Shown: positions 50,563 to 60,172 of the stretch, in pieces
Layout: every line of letters starts with the position of its first letter
Position numbering within the stretch: position 1 is the stretch's first letter
NCBI GenBank assembly: GCA_964561155.1
Contig: CAZLOI010000002.1
Coordinates: 89,629-153,628, forward strand
Origin: an uncultured Candidatus Saccharibacteria bacterium
GTDB lineage: Bacteria > Patescibacteriota > Dojkabacteria > J137
Direction of reading: 5' to 3'
DNA length: 64,000 bases
Position numbers and translations under genes: made by a program
Notes under the pieces: generated by a model
What the model was told of the DNA's origin: nothing
What the model saw: the letters and a program-made list of their open reading frames with translations, nothing else
Databases searched by the model: none

Positions 50563-51168
50563 ATGGCACTAGATAACATCTTTGATTTGTTTGCTGTAAG
50601 TTTAAAAGATATTTACAGTGGAGAAAAACAGTTGGTTGATGCAATGCCTAAGATGGCAGATGCAGCTACTTCGCTTTCTCTTAAAGAAGGATTTGGTAAT
50701 CATTTAAAGGAAACAGAAGGACAAGTTGAGAGACTAGAAAAAATAGCTGAGATATTAGAAATTGAACTTGATGGAAATGATTGTGAAGCGATGTCAGGAT
50801 TAATTAAGGAAGGAGGAGAATTTGTTGGAATAGAAGGTAGTCCAAGTGTAATTGATTTAGGATTAATAGCTTCTGCTCAAAAGATTGAACACTACGAAAT
50901 AGCGGGATATCTTTCAGCAATGGCATTGGCAGATATGATGGGGTTCGAAGAAGTATCAGATCTTCTTGCTCAAACGCTTGAAGAAGAGGTACGAACAGAT
51001 GAGAAACTACAAATGATTGCAGAAGATGAACTATATCCTTTAGCTATCGAAACACTTGATGGTGAAGATATTGAGGAAGAGGAAGAAGAGTCCGAAGATG
51101 AGGAAAAGTCTGAAGAAATGGAAGAAGGAGAAGACGAATCAGACAAAGAAGAAAAGCTGGCAGAATAA
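50563..51168 (+). CDS. DUF892 (YciE/YciF ferritin-like) stress protein with poly-acidic tail
   Basis: LKDIYSGEKQLVDAMPKMA...HLKETEGQVERLEKI family signature, and a tail EEEEEESEDEEKSEEMEEGEDESDKEEK. Confidence 0.65.
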   Translation: MALDNIFDLFAVSLKDIYSGEKQLVDAMPKMADAATSLSLKEGFGNHLKETEGQVERLEKIAEILEIELDGNDCEAMSGLIKEGGEFVGIEGSPSVIDLGLIASAQKIEHYEIAGYLSAMALADMMGFEEVSDLLAQTLEEEVRTDEKLQMIAEDELYPLAIETLDGEDIEEEEEESEDEEKSEEMEEGEDESDKEEKLAE

Positions 51169-51310
51169 TCAGAAAAGATGTCTTTGATACGCTTTACCAA
51201 AGGTGTATATGTGCCTTTGGGTTTGCCTGAAAAGTATCACATATTAAAATATACTAGGTCCAAGATTTAATAAGTACTTATTAAAATATTTTACTTGTTA
51301 TAACTATTTT

Positions 51311-51565
51311 ATGGGACTACTTCTTTCTCTTCTCGTTGGTTTAATTGCTGGAGCACTAGCAGGACAATTTGTTAAAGGCAGAGGCTTTGGTTTAATCGGA
51401 GATACCATTGTTGGTTTAATTGGAGGAGCAATTGGAGGATTACTCTTTGGATTGCTTGGATTAGACCCAGATGGAACAAATATTCTAGGATCTATTGCAG
51501 TGTCTTTCATCGGAGCTGTAATCCTGCTGTCAATTGTTAAAGGAATGGTTAGTTCAAAACAATAA
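51311..51565 (+). CDS. GlsB/YeaQ/YmgE-family transglycosylase-associated membrane protein
   Basis: LLVGLIAGALAGQFVKGRGFGLIGDTIVGLIGGAIGG. Confidence 0.8.
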   Translation: MGLLLSLLVGLIAGALAGQFVKGRGFGLIGDTIVGLIGGAIGGLLFGLLGLDPDGTNILGSIAVSFIGAVILLSIVKGMVSSKQ

Positions 51566-51584
51566 TAGATATTAAATTTGTAAT

Positions 51585-52019
51585 ATGAAAAAGAAAAATA
51601 ATGATAACAATGTTTTGGGGAAAGTAGCGTTAGGTGCAGCTGTAATTGGAGCTGGAGCTCTTGCTGCCAAGGTACTTTCGGATGAAGATAACAGAAAGAA
51701 AATTGGGAATGCTATATCTGATGCAGGTGAGAAAGGAAAGGAAATCATTACAAATGTTAAGGAACGATTTGCGGACTCTATTGAAGCATTACGTGCAGAG
51801 TATGATAGTCTAGTTGAGACTATAGAGGAAAGGCTTTCTGATGCTCAAGGCAGAGGAGAAAAGATATTAAAGGAGATTCAAGTTAAGGCAAAGAAAGTTG
51901 GGAAGGAATTTGATGAGTTTAAGGATGATGCTTCAGAAAAAGGTAGTGCAGGAATAGAGAAGTTGAAAGAGAAAGTAAGTGAGATTAGAGAAGAACTATC
52001 CGATGCTATTGCTGAATAG
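51585..52019 (+). CDS. hypothetical helical protein (YtxH/LEA-like)
   Basis: An N-terminal hydrophobic segment, then charged amphipathic helices. Confidence 0.35.
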   Translation: MKKKNNDNNVLGKVALGAAVIGAGALAAKVLSDEDNRKKIGNAISDAGEKGKEIITNVKERFADSIEALRAEYDSLVETIEERLSDAQGRGEKILKEIQVKAKKVGKEFDEFKDDASEKGSAGIEKLKEKVSEIREELSDAIAE

Positions 52020-52086
52020 AATTAACTACACAACATATTGTAGTGTGATTGTTTCTCATATATACTTATAGTATTAATAACACTCA

Positions 52087-52215
52087 TATGTCGTCTAAAG
52101 ATAAAGGAAACCAAAAAGTAAGTCCTAAGGACCAAGATGCAAAGAAACCTAAGAGCAGCAAACAAGCTCGAAAGGAAAGAGAAGCAAAAAAAGCTGCAAA
52201 AGCTGCAAGGAAATA
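52087..52215 (+). CDS. unannotated 42-aa lysine-rich peptide
   Basis: ATG at 52087 encodes MSSKDKGNQKVSPKDQDAKKPKSSKQARKEREAKKAAKAARK followed by TAA. An intrinsic terminator follows 140 nt downstream. Confidence 0.25.
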
Positions 52216-52354
52216 AAGCATAACTGTCTGTCCTTTTGACATATAATTTGCTAACTATTCATTTTGTTGCTAGAATTTAGTCACAGAACTATATGAACAG
52301 ACTGAATCTAGATATAAAATTTAAACCGCCGATTAAATTTAAAGTAGTAATCTA

Positions 52355-52380
52355 ATCCCGCCAAAAGCGGGATTTTTTTT
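52355..52380 (+). terminator. intrinsic terminator
   Basis: ATCCCGC-CAAAA-GCGGGAT hairpin followed by TTTTTTTT. Confidence 0.6.
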
Positions 52381-52388
52381 AACTAAAA

Positions 52389-54023
52389 ATGAAGAGAGTA
52401 AATCTAATACTTACAAATGAACAGTATCAGTTTCTTCAACGAAGATCAGTTCATACCGGGATCTCTAAAGCTCAGTCATTAAGAGTATTGGTTGAAAAGA
52501 AGATGTATACGGAATACTTTCGAGATCACAGAGTTAATCTTAAATCTTGGAAACTCTTTAACGGTGTAACCTTTAATCTAAGAGTAATACCTTCGATATA
52601 TAACTGGCTAGAAGAAACGTCGAAGATTGCTAACTGCAGCAAAAGTGATTTAATAAGATACATTATAGACTTAGACAATCCAAAGGTAGTTAGCTTTGAA
52701 CTAATTCCGGCTGTAGCAAAGAGTGAACCTATAAGCTTAGTTCAGAAGAACATAGGCAATCTACTATCATCAAGAGAGTATTTTGGATTAAACAAGTACC
52801 TATCATCTGTACATCCAAACGAGATTATTAATCTTGGTAAACCAGATCTAATTAATGAAGCCATTACAAAGATAGATCACGCAGGAGTTCTAATATCAAA
52901 CAAGACAAGAATAATGAATGCACAGATGTCATGGTTCTTAGGAAATACAGGCAAAGCTTTAGATGACTTACAGAATGTTATTAAGCAAAAAGATCCACTA
53001 TACCACTACAGCGCTCTGTTAACATATGGAGAAATATTAAGTGACCTTGGTGTACGTAACGAATCTAGTAGAGTACTTACAGAAATTGTATCCCAAGAGA
53101 AGGGCATAGTTCCATATAACGATCTACTAAAAGCATATGACAAGTTAGGTGTAAGTACGTATTACAGCAGTTCACTATTTGATGTACACGAGAACTATAC
53201 GAAAGCACTTCAATGTGCCAGAACACTTGAAGAAAAAGCAACTGCATACAGATACTTGGCCAGCATAAATTTCAGTATTGAAGAATATCAACTAGCTGAG
53301 CAGTATTTTAAGTTATCTGAAAGTCTGTTTGAAAAATGCCCAAATAAGAACTTGGATGAATACTGCCGAATGTTAATCACGTACGGGCATTTCCATCTGC
53401 ATTCAGCAAACTGGGGCAAAGCAAAAGACTTGGCTAACAAGGCAATTAAGATTGCTCTGAGTATAAATCATGCAAGCAACCTTGGCTGGGCTCATATAAT
53501 ACTTTCAAATGCCACATTCGGGACAGGAGATACAGATCTAGCATTACAGCAGATAGAAACTTCAATTTCTACAGCACATAACACAGGTAGCTCAGCACAA
53601 TTAATGAAAGCGTACAGAGCTAAAAGCAAGTTTTTAATAGGGAAAGGCAATAGTTCTGAAGCATATTACAACATCATTAAATCAAGTGAAGCAGAGTCTG
53701 ATATGACTTCAAAGAAACTGGCAGACTATAGTACAACATTGAGTTGGAAATTCTATCTAGATTTCCTGCATATGAAGGATGTGCCAGTACAGATATTGCA
53801 CAGCTTTTCAAAGACCATGAACTTAAAGAACAGAAAGAAGGATCAAAGTATTAACGACTATGTTCTAGGGTTCTTGTACTATGGATCATCGGATACAGAA
53901 AAACAAGATGCAGGAAAAGGAATGCTTCGCAAACTGCACGAACATACAATGAGAATAGGTGACAAGAAGATACAGTTTGCGATTGAAGGAATATTTAAAT
54001 TCAATCAATTCTCCGTAGTATAG
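52389..54023 (+). CDS. putative regulator: two ribbon-helix-helix-like N-terminal modules plus TPR-like helical repeats
   Basis: RVNLILTNEQYQFLQRRSVHTGISKAQSLRVLVEK and a second module SKIANCSKSDLIRYIIDL, then repeated helical hairpins (YGEIL, YRYLASINF, YGHFHLHSANWGKA). Confidence 0.45.
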   Translation: MKRVNLILTNEQYQFLQRRSVHTGISKAQSLRVLVEKKMYTEYFRDHRVNLKSWKLFNGVTFNLRVIPSIYNWLEETSKIANCSKSDLIRYIIDLDNPKVVSFELIPAVAKSEPISLVQKNIGNLLSSREYFGLNKYLSSVHPNEIINLGKPDLINEAITKIDHAGVLISNKTRIMNAQMSWFLGNTGKALDDLQNVIKQKDPLYHYSALLTYGEILSDLGVRNESSRVLTEIVSQEKGIVPYNDLLKAYDKLGVSTYYSSSLFDVHENYTKALQCARTLEEKATAYRYLASINFSIEEYQLAEQYFKLSESLFEKCPNKNLDEYCRMLITYGHFHLHSANWGKAKDLANKAIKIALSINHASNLGWAHIILSNATFGTGDTDLALQQIETSISTAHNTGSSAQLMKAYRAKSKFLIGKGNSSEAYYNIIKSSEAESDMTSKKLADYSTTLSWKFYLDFLHMKDVPVQILHSFSKTMNLKNRKKDQSINDYVLGFLYYGSSDTEKQDAGKGMLRKLHEHTMRIGDKKIQFAIEGIFKFNQFSVV

Positions 54024-54166
54024 TTCTTCTGTCGCTATATCTGGTTAACACACACTTGCATTTGTTTTTGGATAGTACTACAATACAATGTATATGAGCA
54101 CCCAAACTACAGAACCTTTCGACCAACCCTTTCTCTCCCCATGCCAATATTTGTTAATAAACATTT

Positions 54167-54595
54167 ATGCATCATTTAATTCAAGCCGAGGGAATAGTAT
54201 TCTCTGGGGAGAAATATAACCTAAAGTTCCTTCTACTCAAGCGACTACTTAAATTTGGAGGTTTCTGGGAACCACTTGTAGCCAAGCTAGATGACCATAT
54301 CCATACAAAGGAAAATATTCTAAAGGAACTAGATGAAACAATTGGAGTTAAATCACCAATCAAAATAACACATGAACTATGGAGATTTAACTGGCAGAAT
54401 TCTGAAGATATTGTTCACGAGACAGTATATGGGATTCAGATAGATGAGAACGAAGAAATTAAACTAGACAACGATGAATTCATGTCATACAAGTGGGTAA
54501 CGTATGATCAAGCAATGGTATTGATGGGAAAAGAGAACAACAAGAAAGCATTTGAACTATTCAAGACATTTATCTCCGAAGTAATAACGGTATAA
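54167..54595 (+). CDS. NUDIX-like hydrolase
   Basis: GGFWEP...(K)ELDETIGV approximates the Nudix box Gx5Ex7REuxEExGu. Confidence 0.4.
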   Translation: MHHLIQAEGIVFSGEKYNLKFLLLKRLLKFGGFWEPLVAKLDDHIHTKENILKELDETIGVKSPIKITHELWRFNWQNSEDIVHETVYGIQIDENEEIKLDNDEFMSYKWVTYDQAMVLMGKENNKKAFELFKTFISEVITV

Positions 54596-54622
54596 AAAAA
54601 GCCTCAGTTAAGAGGCTTTTTT
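54596..54622. terminator. bidirectional intrinsic terminator
   Basis: AAAAA-GCCTC-AGTTAA-GAGGC-TTTTTT between convergent genes. Confidence 0.6.
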
Positions 54623-54639
54623 AACATTAAGGCAATACA

Positions 54640-55062
54640 CTATCTAATTAATGTAGCAAGAAGACCAGCTACAGTTATAGTTAAGATTTGATATCCTGCA
54701 TCGATAGCATAAAGAGACCATGATCTCTTTGAAAATATGTATGTAGTTAAGAAAGCTGTACCTACATATCCAACTCCGATTAATAATCCAAGGGCAACAC
54801 CATGCAGAGCATCTGTAACATTCAACATATTAACTAGAGCAGATGTAACAGCTCCCATTAAAAGCGCTGCTAGGAATGTATAGAAGTATCCAATACCTGG
54901 ACCATTTCCAATTTCTTGCTCAGTTAATCCGACTTCCTTCATCCATTTCTTAGAGAATATTGGGCCGTACCAAAGGAATCCGATCACCATGTTGGCTACT
55001 CCAACAGCAAGTGCTGCAAGAAAATTTATAGGCATAGATTGTAGATAATAAATAATACTCAC
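54640..55062 (-). CDS. DUF1761-like small membrane protein (paralog of 14418..14813)
   Basis: Shares IGFLWYGPIFSKKWMKEVGL with GYIWYTVVFVKPWKEEIGM of the paralog. Confidence 0.5.
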   Translation of the reverse strand: MSIIYYLQSMPINFLAALAVGVANMVIGFLWYGPIFSKKWMKEVGLTEQEIGNGPGIGYFYTFLAALLMGAVTSALVNMLNVTDALHGVALGLLIGVGYVGTAFLTTYIFSKRSWSLYAIDAGYQILTITVAGLLATLIR

Positions 55063-55114
55063 ATTATAAATTTTCTAGGGGTCTAGTCAATACTAGGAAA
55101 CGCTGACATCTCAC

Positions 55115-55918
55115 CTATTTCATATTGGTGTATCTAGAAGTAACTGTAGGCATGTTCTTGATCAGATCGATACAAAGAATTGTATATTTAAGGAATGTAT
55201 TCTTGGCCCTTCGTAAATCTTGATGTGTTTTGAACTCTAGATTGGGCACAGCTTTTAAAAGCAAGTATGCTGAAAACTCATGAATAAGTTCACCTAAACT
55301 TGAAATGCCTACCTTGTCCAGATATAAAGTAATCACCCCGCTGTTATCTAATTGCAATGTTCCGTGATTGTCAGGAACTCCTTTGAAACCAGATTGATTT
55401 GGCATCTTAACGATATTTAAACCCTGTTTAATAACCTGTTCTTGTAATCTATCTATTTCAGTCTGTTCAATATCTCTTGCTTCGTATCTTGCCTTGAGCC
55501 CAATACTGATAAGATTTCGAAGCACAGGATTTGAAGCAATCAACGTAAGTGCTTGCTCCATTGCTTTAATCAAGATTAGTCTTTCTTGCTGATAGCTATT
55601 AACCAATGTATCAAAGTAAGGGTTTCCCTTCCACAAATCAAAGTCACTTGGAGTTACAGCCTTTTCTTTGACGACAGTTGAAAATCCATACTGTAGTTCA
55701 AATACTTCTCTTCCTGCAGCTGAATTTAGTAATAAATCAGTAATGAATCTATTAAGAAAGTCTCTTCGTGAAGAAATATCCAATGTTTTCTTTGCTAGTA
55801 AAGTACTTTCGTTGGAAGATAACAATGTAGATACCACATCTTCTGGAAATACAATTGGCACCTGTTTAAGGTTTGGATTTATATTTTCTTGTGTCCAATC
55901 GAACTTACCTTCGTTCAT
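55115..55918 (-). CDS. hypothetical protein
   Basis: A 267 aa ORF. Confidence 0.35.
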   Translation of the reverse strand: MNEGKFDWTQENINPNLKQVPIVFPEDVVSTLLSSNESTLLAKKTLDISSRRDFLNRFITDLLLNSAAGREVFELQYGFSTVVKEKAVTPSDFDLWKGNPYFDTLVNSYQQERLILIKAMEQALTLIASNPVLRNLISIGLKARYEARDIEQTEIDRLQEQVIKQGLNIVKMPNQSGFKGVPDNHGTLQLDNSGVITLYLDKVGISSLGELIHEFSAYLLLKAVPNLEFKTHQDLRRAKNTFLKYTILCIDLIKNMPTVTSRYTNMK

Positions 55919-56166
55919 ATTAATTTCGTTAAACTAATCATCTGAATCTTATCTTCTCGCTTCATTTTCTTTATTTCAAATTCTCGCTTCAAGGCAACAG
56001 ATTTGTTTTCAACTTCTTCAGAATATACCAATTTGAAGGGAGATCTTGCTCTTACATACTTAGAACCCTTTCCACTTTCGTGTACCTTCATCCTCTTTTC
56101 AATATCATTGGTTGTACCTGTATACAAAGAACCATCATTACAGCTTAGTATATAAACGAAGTACAT
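55915..56166 (-). CDS. GIY-YIG nuclease-domain small protein (YhbQ-like)
   Basis: YFVYILSCNDGSLYTGTTNDIEKRMKVH. Its start overlaps the korB stop by 1 nt. Confidence 0.7.
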   Translation of the reverse strand: MYFVYILSCNDGSLYTGTTNDIEKRMKVHESGKGSKYVRARSPFKLVYSEEVENKSVALKREFEIKKMKREDKIQMISLTKLI

Positions 56167-57065
56167 TAAACCAACTCTTTAACAAAAGTATCGACATTGA
56201 ACTTCTGTACTTGATCTGTTAGAACCATACCTGAATCATAGTGTGCTCTGTCGAAGTATGAAGATGAATCGTCATCTTGGTAAAGTACTCCTGTAGCAAT
56301 ATTGGTATCCTGATTCTTAGAGATTTCTAGAGCATCAGCCAAACTTTGTTTTTCATTCTTGAAATCTTTAACTCTGTTTGAATACCATTCATTGTTCATC
56401 TCTTTGTTGTATGTAGGACATGTTTGTAAGATATCGACATACGAAAACCCTTTTTCCTGAAACAATATTGCTTCTTTGAATATCTCAATCATCTGTCTAA
56501 TGTTTCCTGAAAACCCTCTTGCTACAAATGGAGCATTCAAAGACAAAGCCAAGTGTACTGGATTTAATGTATCTGCTGCAGGTCCATATGGACTTGCATT
56601 CCTTTTTACACCCTGATGAGTTGTAGCCGAAGCCTGACCTGTAGTTAAGCCATAGTTACCGTTGTTGTGAACAAACAGAGTGATTGGATAGTTATTCCTA
56701 ATAGTATTTATGAAATGATTAATACCTTCTGAATATGTAGCACCATCTCCTGCGAATGCTATAACTTTCAAATTAGGATTCGCAAGCTTTGCACCTGCAG
56801 CCAAAGGTAATACTCGTCCATGAAGAGAGTGAACTCGATATCCTTTAATCTTGTCACTCATGTTTCCGTTACACCCAATATCAAAACACAAGAGTACATC
56901 GTGTGTGGGTATCTCAAGCTCTACCAAAGCTCTCTTTATCGCAGCCCAAATAGCATAGTCTCCACAACCTGAACACCATGTAGGTTGCACTTCTGAATTA
57001 AAATCAGATACCTTTACATTACCTACTTCATAATCGTAGTTTGTATCGCAATCGTTACAACTCAT
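56166..57065 (-). CDS. korB: 2-oxoacid:ferredoxin oxidoreductase beta subunit (TPP-binding)
   Basis: PTWCSGCGDYAI; a GDG TPP-Mg motif context (AFAGDGATYSEG); 299 aa. Confidence 0.85.
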   Translation of the reverse strand: MSCNDCDTNYDYEVGNVKVSDFNSEVQPTWCSGCGDYAIWAAIKRALVELEIPTHDVLLCFDIGCNGNMSDKIKGYRVHSLHGRVLPLAAGAKLANPNLKVIAFAGDGATYSEGINHFINTIRNNYPITLFVHNNGNYGLTTGQASATTHQGVKRNASPYGPAADTLNPVHLALSLNAPFVARGFSGNIRQMIEIFKEAILFQEKGFSYVDILQTCPTYNKEMNNEWYSNRVKDFKNEKQSLADALEISKNQDTNIATGVLYQDDDSSSYFDRAHYDSGMVLTDQVQKFNVDTFVKELV

Positions 57066-57066
57066 A

Positions 57067-57720
57067 TTAGTTACTTAAAATATCTTCTAATTTCTTTATA
57101 ATCTCATCAACAAAGAATGGTCTTCCATCCCACTTCAATATCTTGTCTTCAATATCGATACCGGTTTTCATCTTAATTAAACTTCCTAATTGTGCATTGT
57201 GATTCCCTTCAATTAATACAAGATTCTTGCTGTGTAAAAACGCATTCACAACTTCCTTTCTAAATGGCCACAGATATTTAAGGTTCAATGAATTAACCCT
57301 AATACTTCTTTCTTCAAATACCTTCATCGCATCTTCAACAACACCTCCAGTACTTCCCCAACTTAGTATATTAATTTCATCTAATTCGTTAGAGCTCTTC
57401 TTCGTTCTCTTCCTCTGTACGTTATTTGAAACAATATGTTCTTCGGGTAGATTATTTAGTATCGTTTGTTCCTTCCTTAATCTCTTTGCAATCATTTCCG
57501 AAGACTCAAAACTTTCCTCTGTTATGTTTCCTTCTTCGGTATGCTCATCTGAATTACTGTTATAGTCCTCAGCTAATGAACCTGGCAACCAGCGGTGTGA
57601 TACACCAGACTTTGTTATCTTGTACCTGTCTGAACTTTCAAGAAGAGACAGCTCCCTTGGATCGGTTATAAGGTTCCTCGATATAATCAAACTGAGTAAT
57701 CGATGCCATACTCTCAGCAA
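57067..57720 (-). CDS. korA: C-terminal remainder of korA (linker + domain III)
   Basis: KITKSGVSHRWLPG...SDEHTEEG...MIAKRLRK linker motifs and a C-terminal domain III (ILSWGSTGGVVEDAM...). It overlaps the 3' end of the upstream korA fragment by 83 nt in a different frame. Confidence 0.65.
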   Translation of the reverse strand: MLRVWHRLLSLIISRNLITDPRELSLLESSDRYKITKSGVSHRWLPGSLAEDYNSNSDEHTEEGNITEESFESSEMIAKRLRKEQTILNNLPEEHIVSNNVQRKRTKKSSNELDEINILSWGSTGGVVEDAMKVFEERSIRVNSLNLKYLWPFRKEVVNAFLHSKNLVLIEGNHNAQLGSLIKMKTGIDIEDKILKWDGRPFFVDEIIKKLEDILSN

Positions 57721-58933
57721 TTAGCTTGTCTGTAAGAATAATAACTGGAACCTGATACTGTTCTGCAATATTGAATCCTTCCTGAATAGAGTAGAAGCAA
57801 TCTTCAATATTCTTTGGTGCAATAACAACCCTGCTAAACTCTCCGTGTCCTGAAAATATCGATAGCATTAGATCAGATTGTGCAGTCCATGTAGGCATAC
57901 CGGTTGCAGGACCTGGTCTCTGCCCTAGTATTACAACAAATGGAACCTCAATCATCCCAGCCAGACTCAAATGCTCTGTCATTAAATCAAACCCACCACC
58001 AGATGTTCCTGTTAGCGCTCTTGTTCCCATAAAGTTGGATCCAATAGACATAGCAGCAGCTGTAATCTCATCTTCAACCTGCTTAACAATCATTCCTGTT
58101 AAATTAGATTTCTCCGCTAAATACGTAAGGATAGAGCTCGATGGAGTCATTGGATATGAATAATAGATTCTAACTCCGGAATGAATTGCTCCTATAGACA
58201 GTGCTGTGTTTCCAGATACCAAAAGGTTGTCCTTGAACCCCTTAGACTCATCAAGATTTAATTCAAAGAGATTAGTGACAGCTGATGTTATATGCAAGCC
58301 AGATTTTTCTTCTTCAGAAATTAGATCGTTTGTATCATATCTTGTAATCCTGCTTTTAAAACTAGGTAATCTTGAGAAATCGTTGTACAACAGACCCAAG
58401 TTCAAACACTGAATATTCTTTTCAACAATCTCTGGTTTCTTCTCGAAAGTCTTTGCAATAATGTCTTCAAGGCTGGAAGATAGCCCTGTTAACTGCCAAA
58501 TTACACCTGCAAATGTCATATTCGCATGCAATTCATTTCCACCTACTTCTCTAACAATATCTGTTGCAGGAATATACAATAATTTAATCTCTTTCTGCTT
58601 AATTATTTCATATTCAGTTTTTGCAATTCTTGGATTATCAATATTGTGTATAATAATCGCTCCTTGCTTTAAATCATCTAAATGCCATCTAGTTGACTGT
58701 TTGTTTAGAACAAGTAACAAATCTACTACATTTGATGAAGCATTTATCAATGATTCCGATACATCTATCTGATATGTAGCATGACCACCCTTTATTAATG
58801 ATGGATACTCTCTATATGCATAAACTCCGAAACCACCTCTCTTAAAAGCTTTGGAGAGTATGTCTCCAATAACGTTTAGACCTTGTCCCGAAGCTCCTGC
58901 TATTTTTACTACAAACCTCTTATTCATAAGCAA
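57638..58933 (-). CDS. korA: 2-oxoacid:ferredoxin oxidoreductase alpha subunit, gamma-alpha fused N-terminal part (interrupted)
   Basis: An N-terminal gamma-like domain (IAGASGQGLNVIGDIL) followed by the alpha domain I. It ends prematurely and continues in another frame in 57067..57720. Confidence 0.75.
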   Translation of the reverse strand: MLMNKRFVVKIAGASGQGLNVIGDILSKAFKRGGFGVYAYREYPSLIKGGHATYQIDVSESLINASSNVVDLLLVLNKQSTRWHLDDLKQGAIIIHNIDNPRIAKTEYEIIKQKEIKLLYIPATDIVREVGGNELHANMTFAGVIWQLTGLSSSLEDIIAKTFEKKPEIVEKNIQCLNLGLLYNDFSRLPSFKSRITRYDTNDLISEEEKSGLHITSAVTNLFELNLDESKGFKDNLLVSGNTALSIGAIHSGVRIYYSYPMTPSSSILTYLAEKSNLTGMIVKQVEDEITAAAMSIGSNFMGTRALTGTSGGGFDLMTEHLSLAGMIEVPFVVILGQRPGPATGMPTWTAQSDLMLSIFSGHGEFSRVVIAPKNIEDCFYSIQEGFNIAEQYQVPVIILTDKLIAESMASITQFDYIEEPYNRSKGAVSS

Positions 58934-58997
58934 TTTAGATTTGTTACATTCCTTACATTATTTAATAGATTTATTAAGGTCTAATCGTTTTATTTAG

Positions 58998-59603
58998 CTA
59001 TTTAGCTTTACCTATTTTTCCAAGAAACTCTTTTGCAAGCTCATTACCCCAACTTCGATACTCCTTTAACTTTGAATACACTTCTCCATCAATTCTTAAA
59101 GTATGCATTAACTGAGTAGCATTTGTTTTCTTAACACTTTCTTCCATAATATCTGCAGCTCCACAGAATATATCGTAGTTCTTACTATCCCCAAGTCCTA
59201 CTATAGCTACATACTTATCCTTCAAATCAAGTTCCTTAAAATCTCTATCAAAACCAATATAGTTAATATTAAGCTTTCCTACATCCCAAGTAGAGGAGAC
59301 TAGTACTAAAAGACCGTAATCAGTCGAAATAGATGCTTTGATAAGTTCAGATCTCTTTAGATCAACCTCCAAACCTTCATCACATAATCCATCTTTAATT
59401 GCTTCAGCTACAGCTTCAGCGTTACCTGAACATGTACCATATACAACTAGGACATTCCTATTCGTTCCGTTGGTTTCATTTGCTACAACAGCAGAATCAC
59501 TAGGAGCAGGAACAGGTGTAGTAGTATTTGTATCTGTACTTGTATTAACTGATTGCTTACTTCTAAATGGGTGTTCCAAGATATATGATTTAACCATACT
59601 CAT
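58998..59603 (-). CDS. flavodoxin-like protein with low-complexity Thr/Asn-rich N-terminal extension (the true start may be internal)
   Basis: VLVVYGTCSGNAEAVAEAIKDGL flavodoxin FMN-loop region; residues 20-50 read NTSTDTNTTTPVPAPSDSAVVANETNGTNRN. Confidence 0.6.
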   Translation of the reverse strand: MSMVKSYILEHPFRSKQSVNTSTDTNTTTPVPAPSDSAVVANETNGTNRNVLVVYGTCSGNAEAVAEAIKDGLCDEGLEVDLKRSELIKASISTDYGLLVLVSSTWDVGKLNINYIGFDRDFKELDLKDKYVAIVGLGDSKNYDIFCGAADIMEESVKKTNATQLMHTLRIDGEVYSKLKEYRSWGNELAKEFLGKIGKAK

Positions 59604-59808
59604 TCTCTCTAGAAACTAGCTCAAAGTAAAGGTATTAGCAAATATTGAGAGGGATTTACGAAGTAATATTTTAATACTATAATATTAGTACAAATATTTT
59701 TTACGATTCATAATGTGAGAAATATTGAAATGACTGATAAAACAATACAGATATACCTTCTTAATCACGAGTTTAATTCCCATTACCAACCAAAAACTAC
59801 TATTCTAG

Positions 59809-60090
59809 TTGTTAAAAAGACAGCACAAAATGAAAAAAGAGAATGAGTTCTATATGCTCTGTAGTTCCATATTAGCTATTGGAGGAGTGCTTGCAATATC
59901 AGTAAGTGAATCATATATAGGTCTATCTTTGTTTTTCTTTGGCTGTGGCTTCATTGCCCTATCCCCTAAGGTTTCTAGGTCACTTTTGAGTAGAGTGGAC
60001 GAGAACTTTAGAATTGACCATTGGGTTGCCTATGGCTGTGCATCTTTTGCTACATTTATGCTTTTACTGTTCCTACTTTCTAAGGCATAG
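59809..60090 (+). CDS. small membrane protein
   Basis: Three hydrophobic segments in 93 aa. Confidence 0.3.
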   Translation: MLKRQHKMKKENEFYMLCSSILAIGGVLAISVSESYIGLSLFFFGCGFIALSPKVSRSLLSRVDENFRIDHWVAYGCASFATFMLLLFLLSKA

Positions 60091-60172
60091 TTCCCTATAG
60101 TAAAATTTTAGAAACCCTATACATATCACTAATTTCTGTTATAATATCTCTAATATTTATTTAATCTAATCT

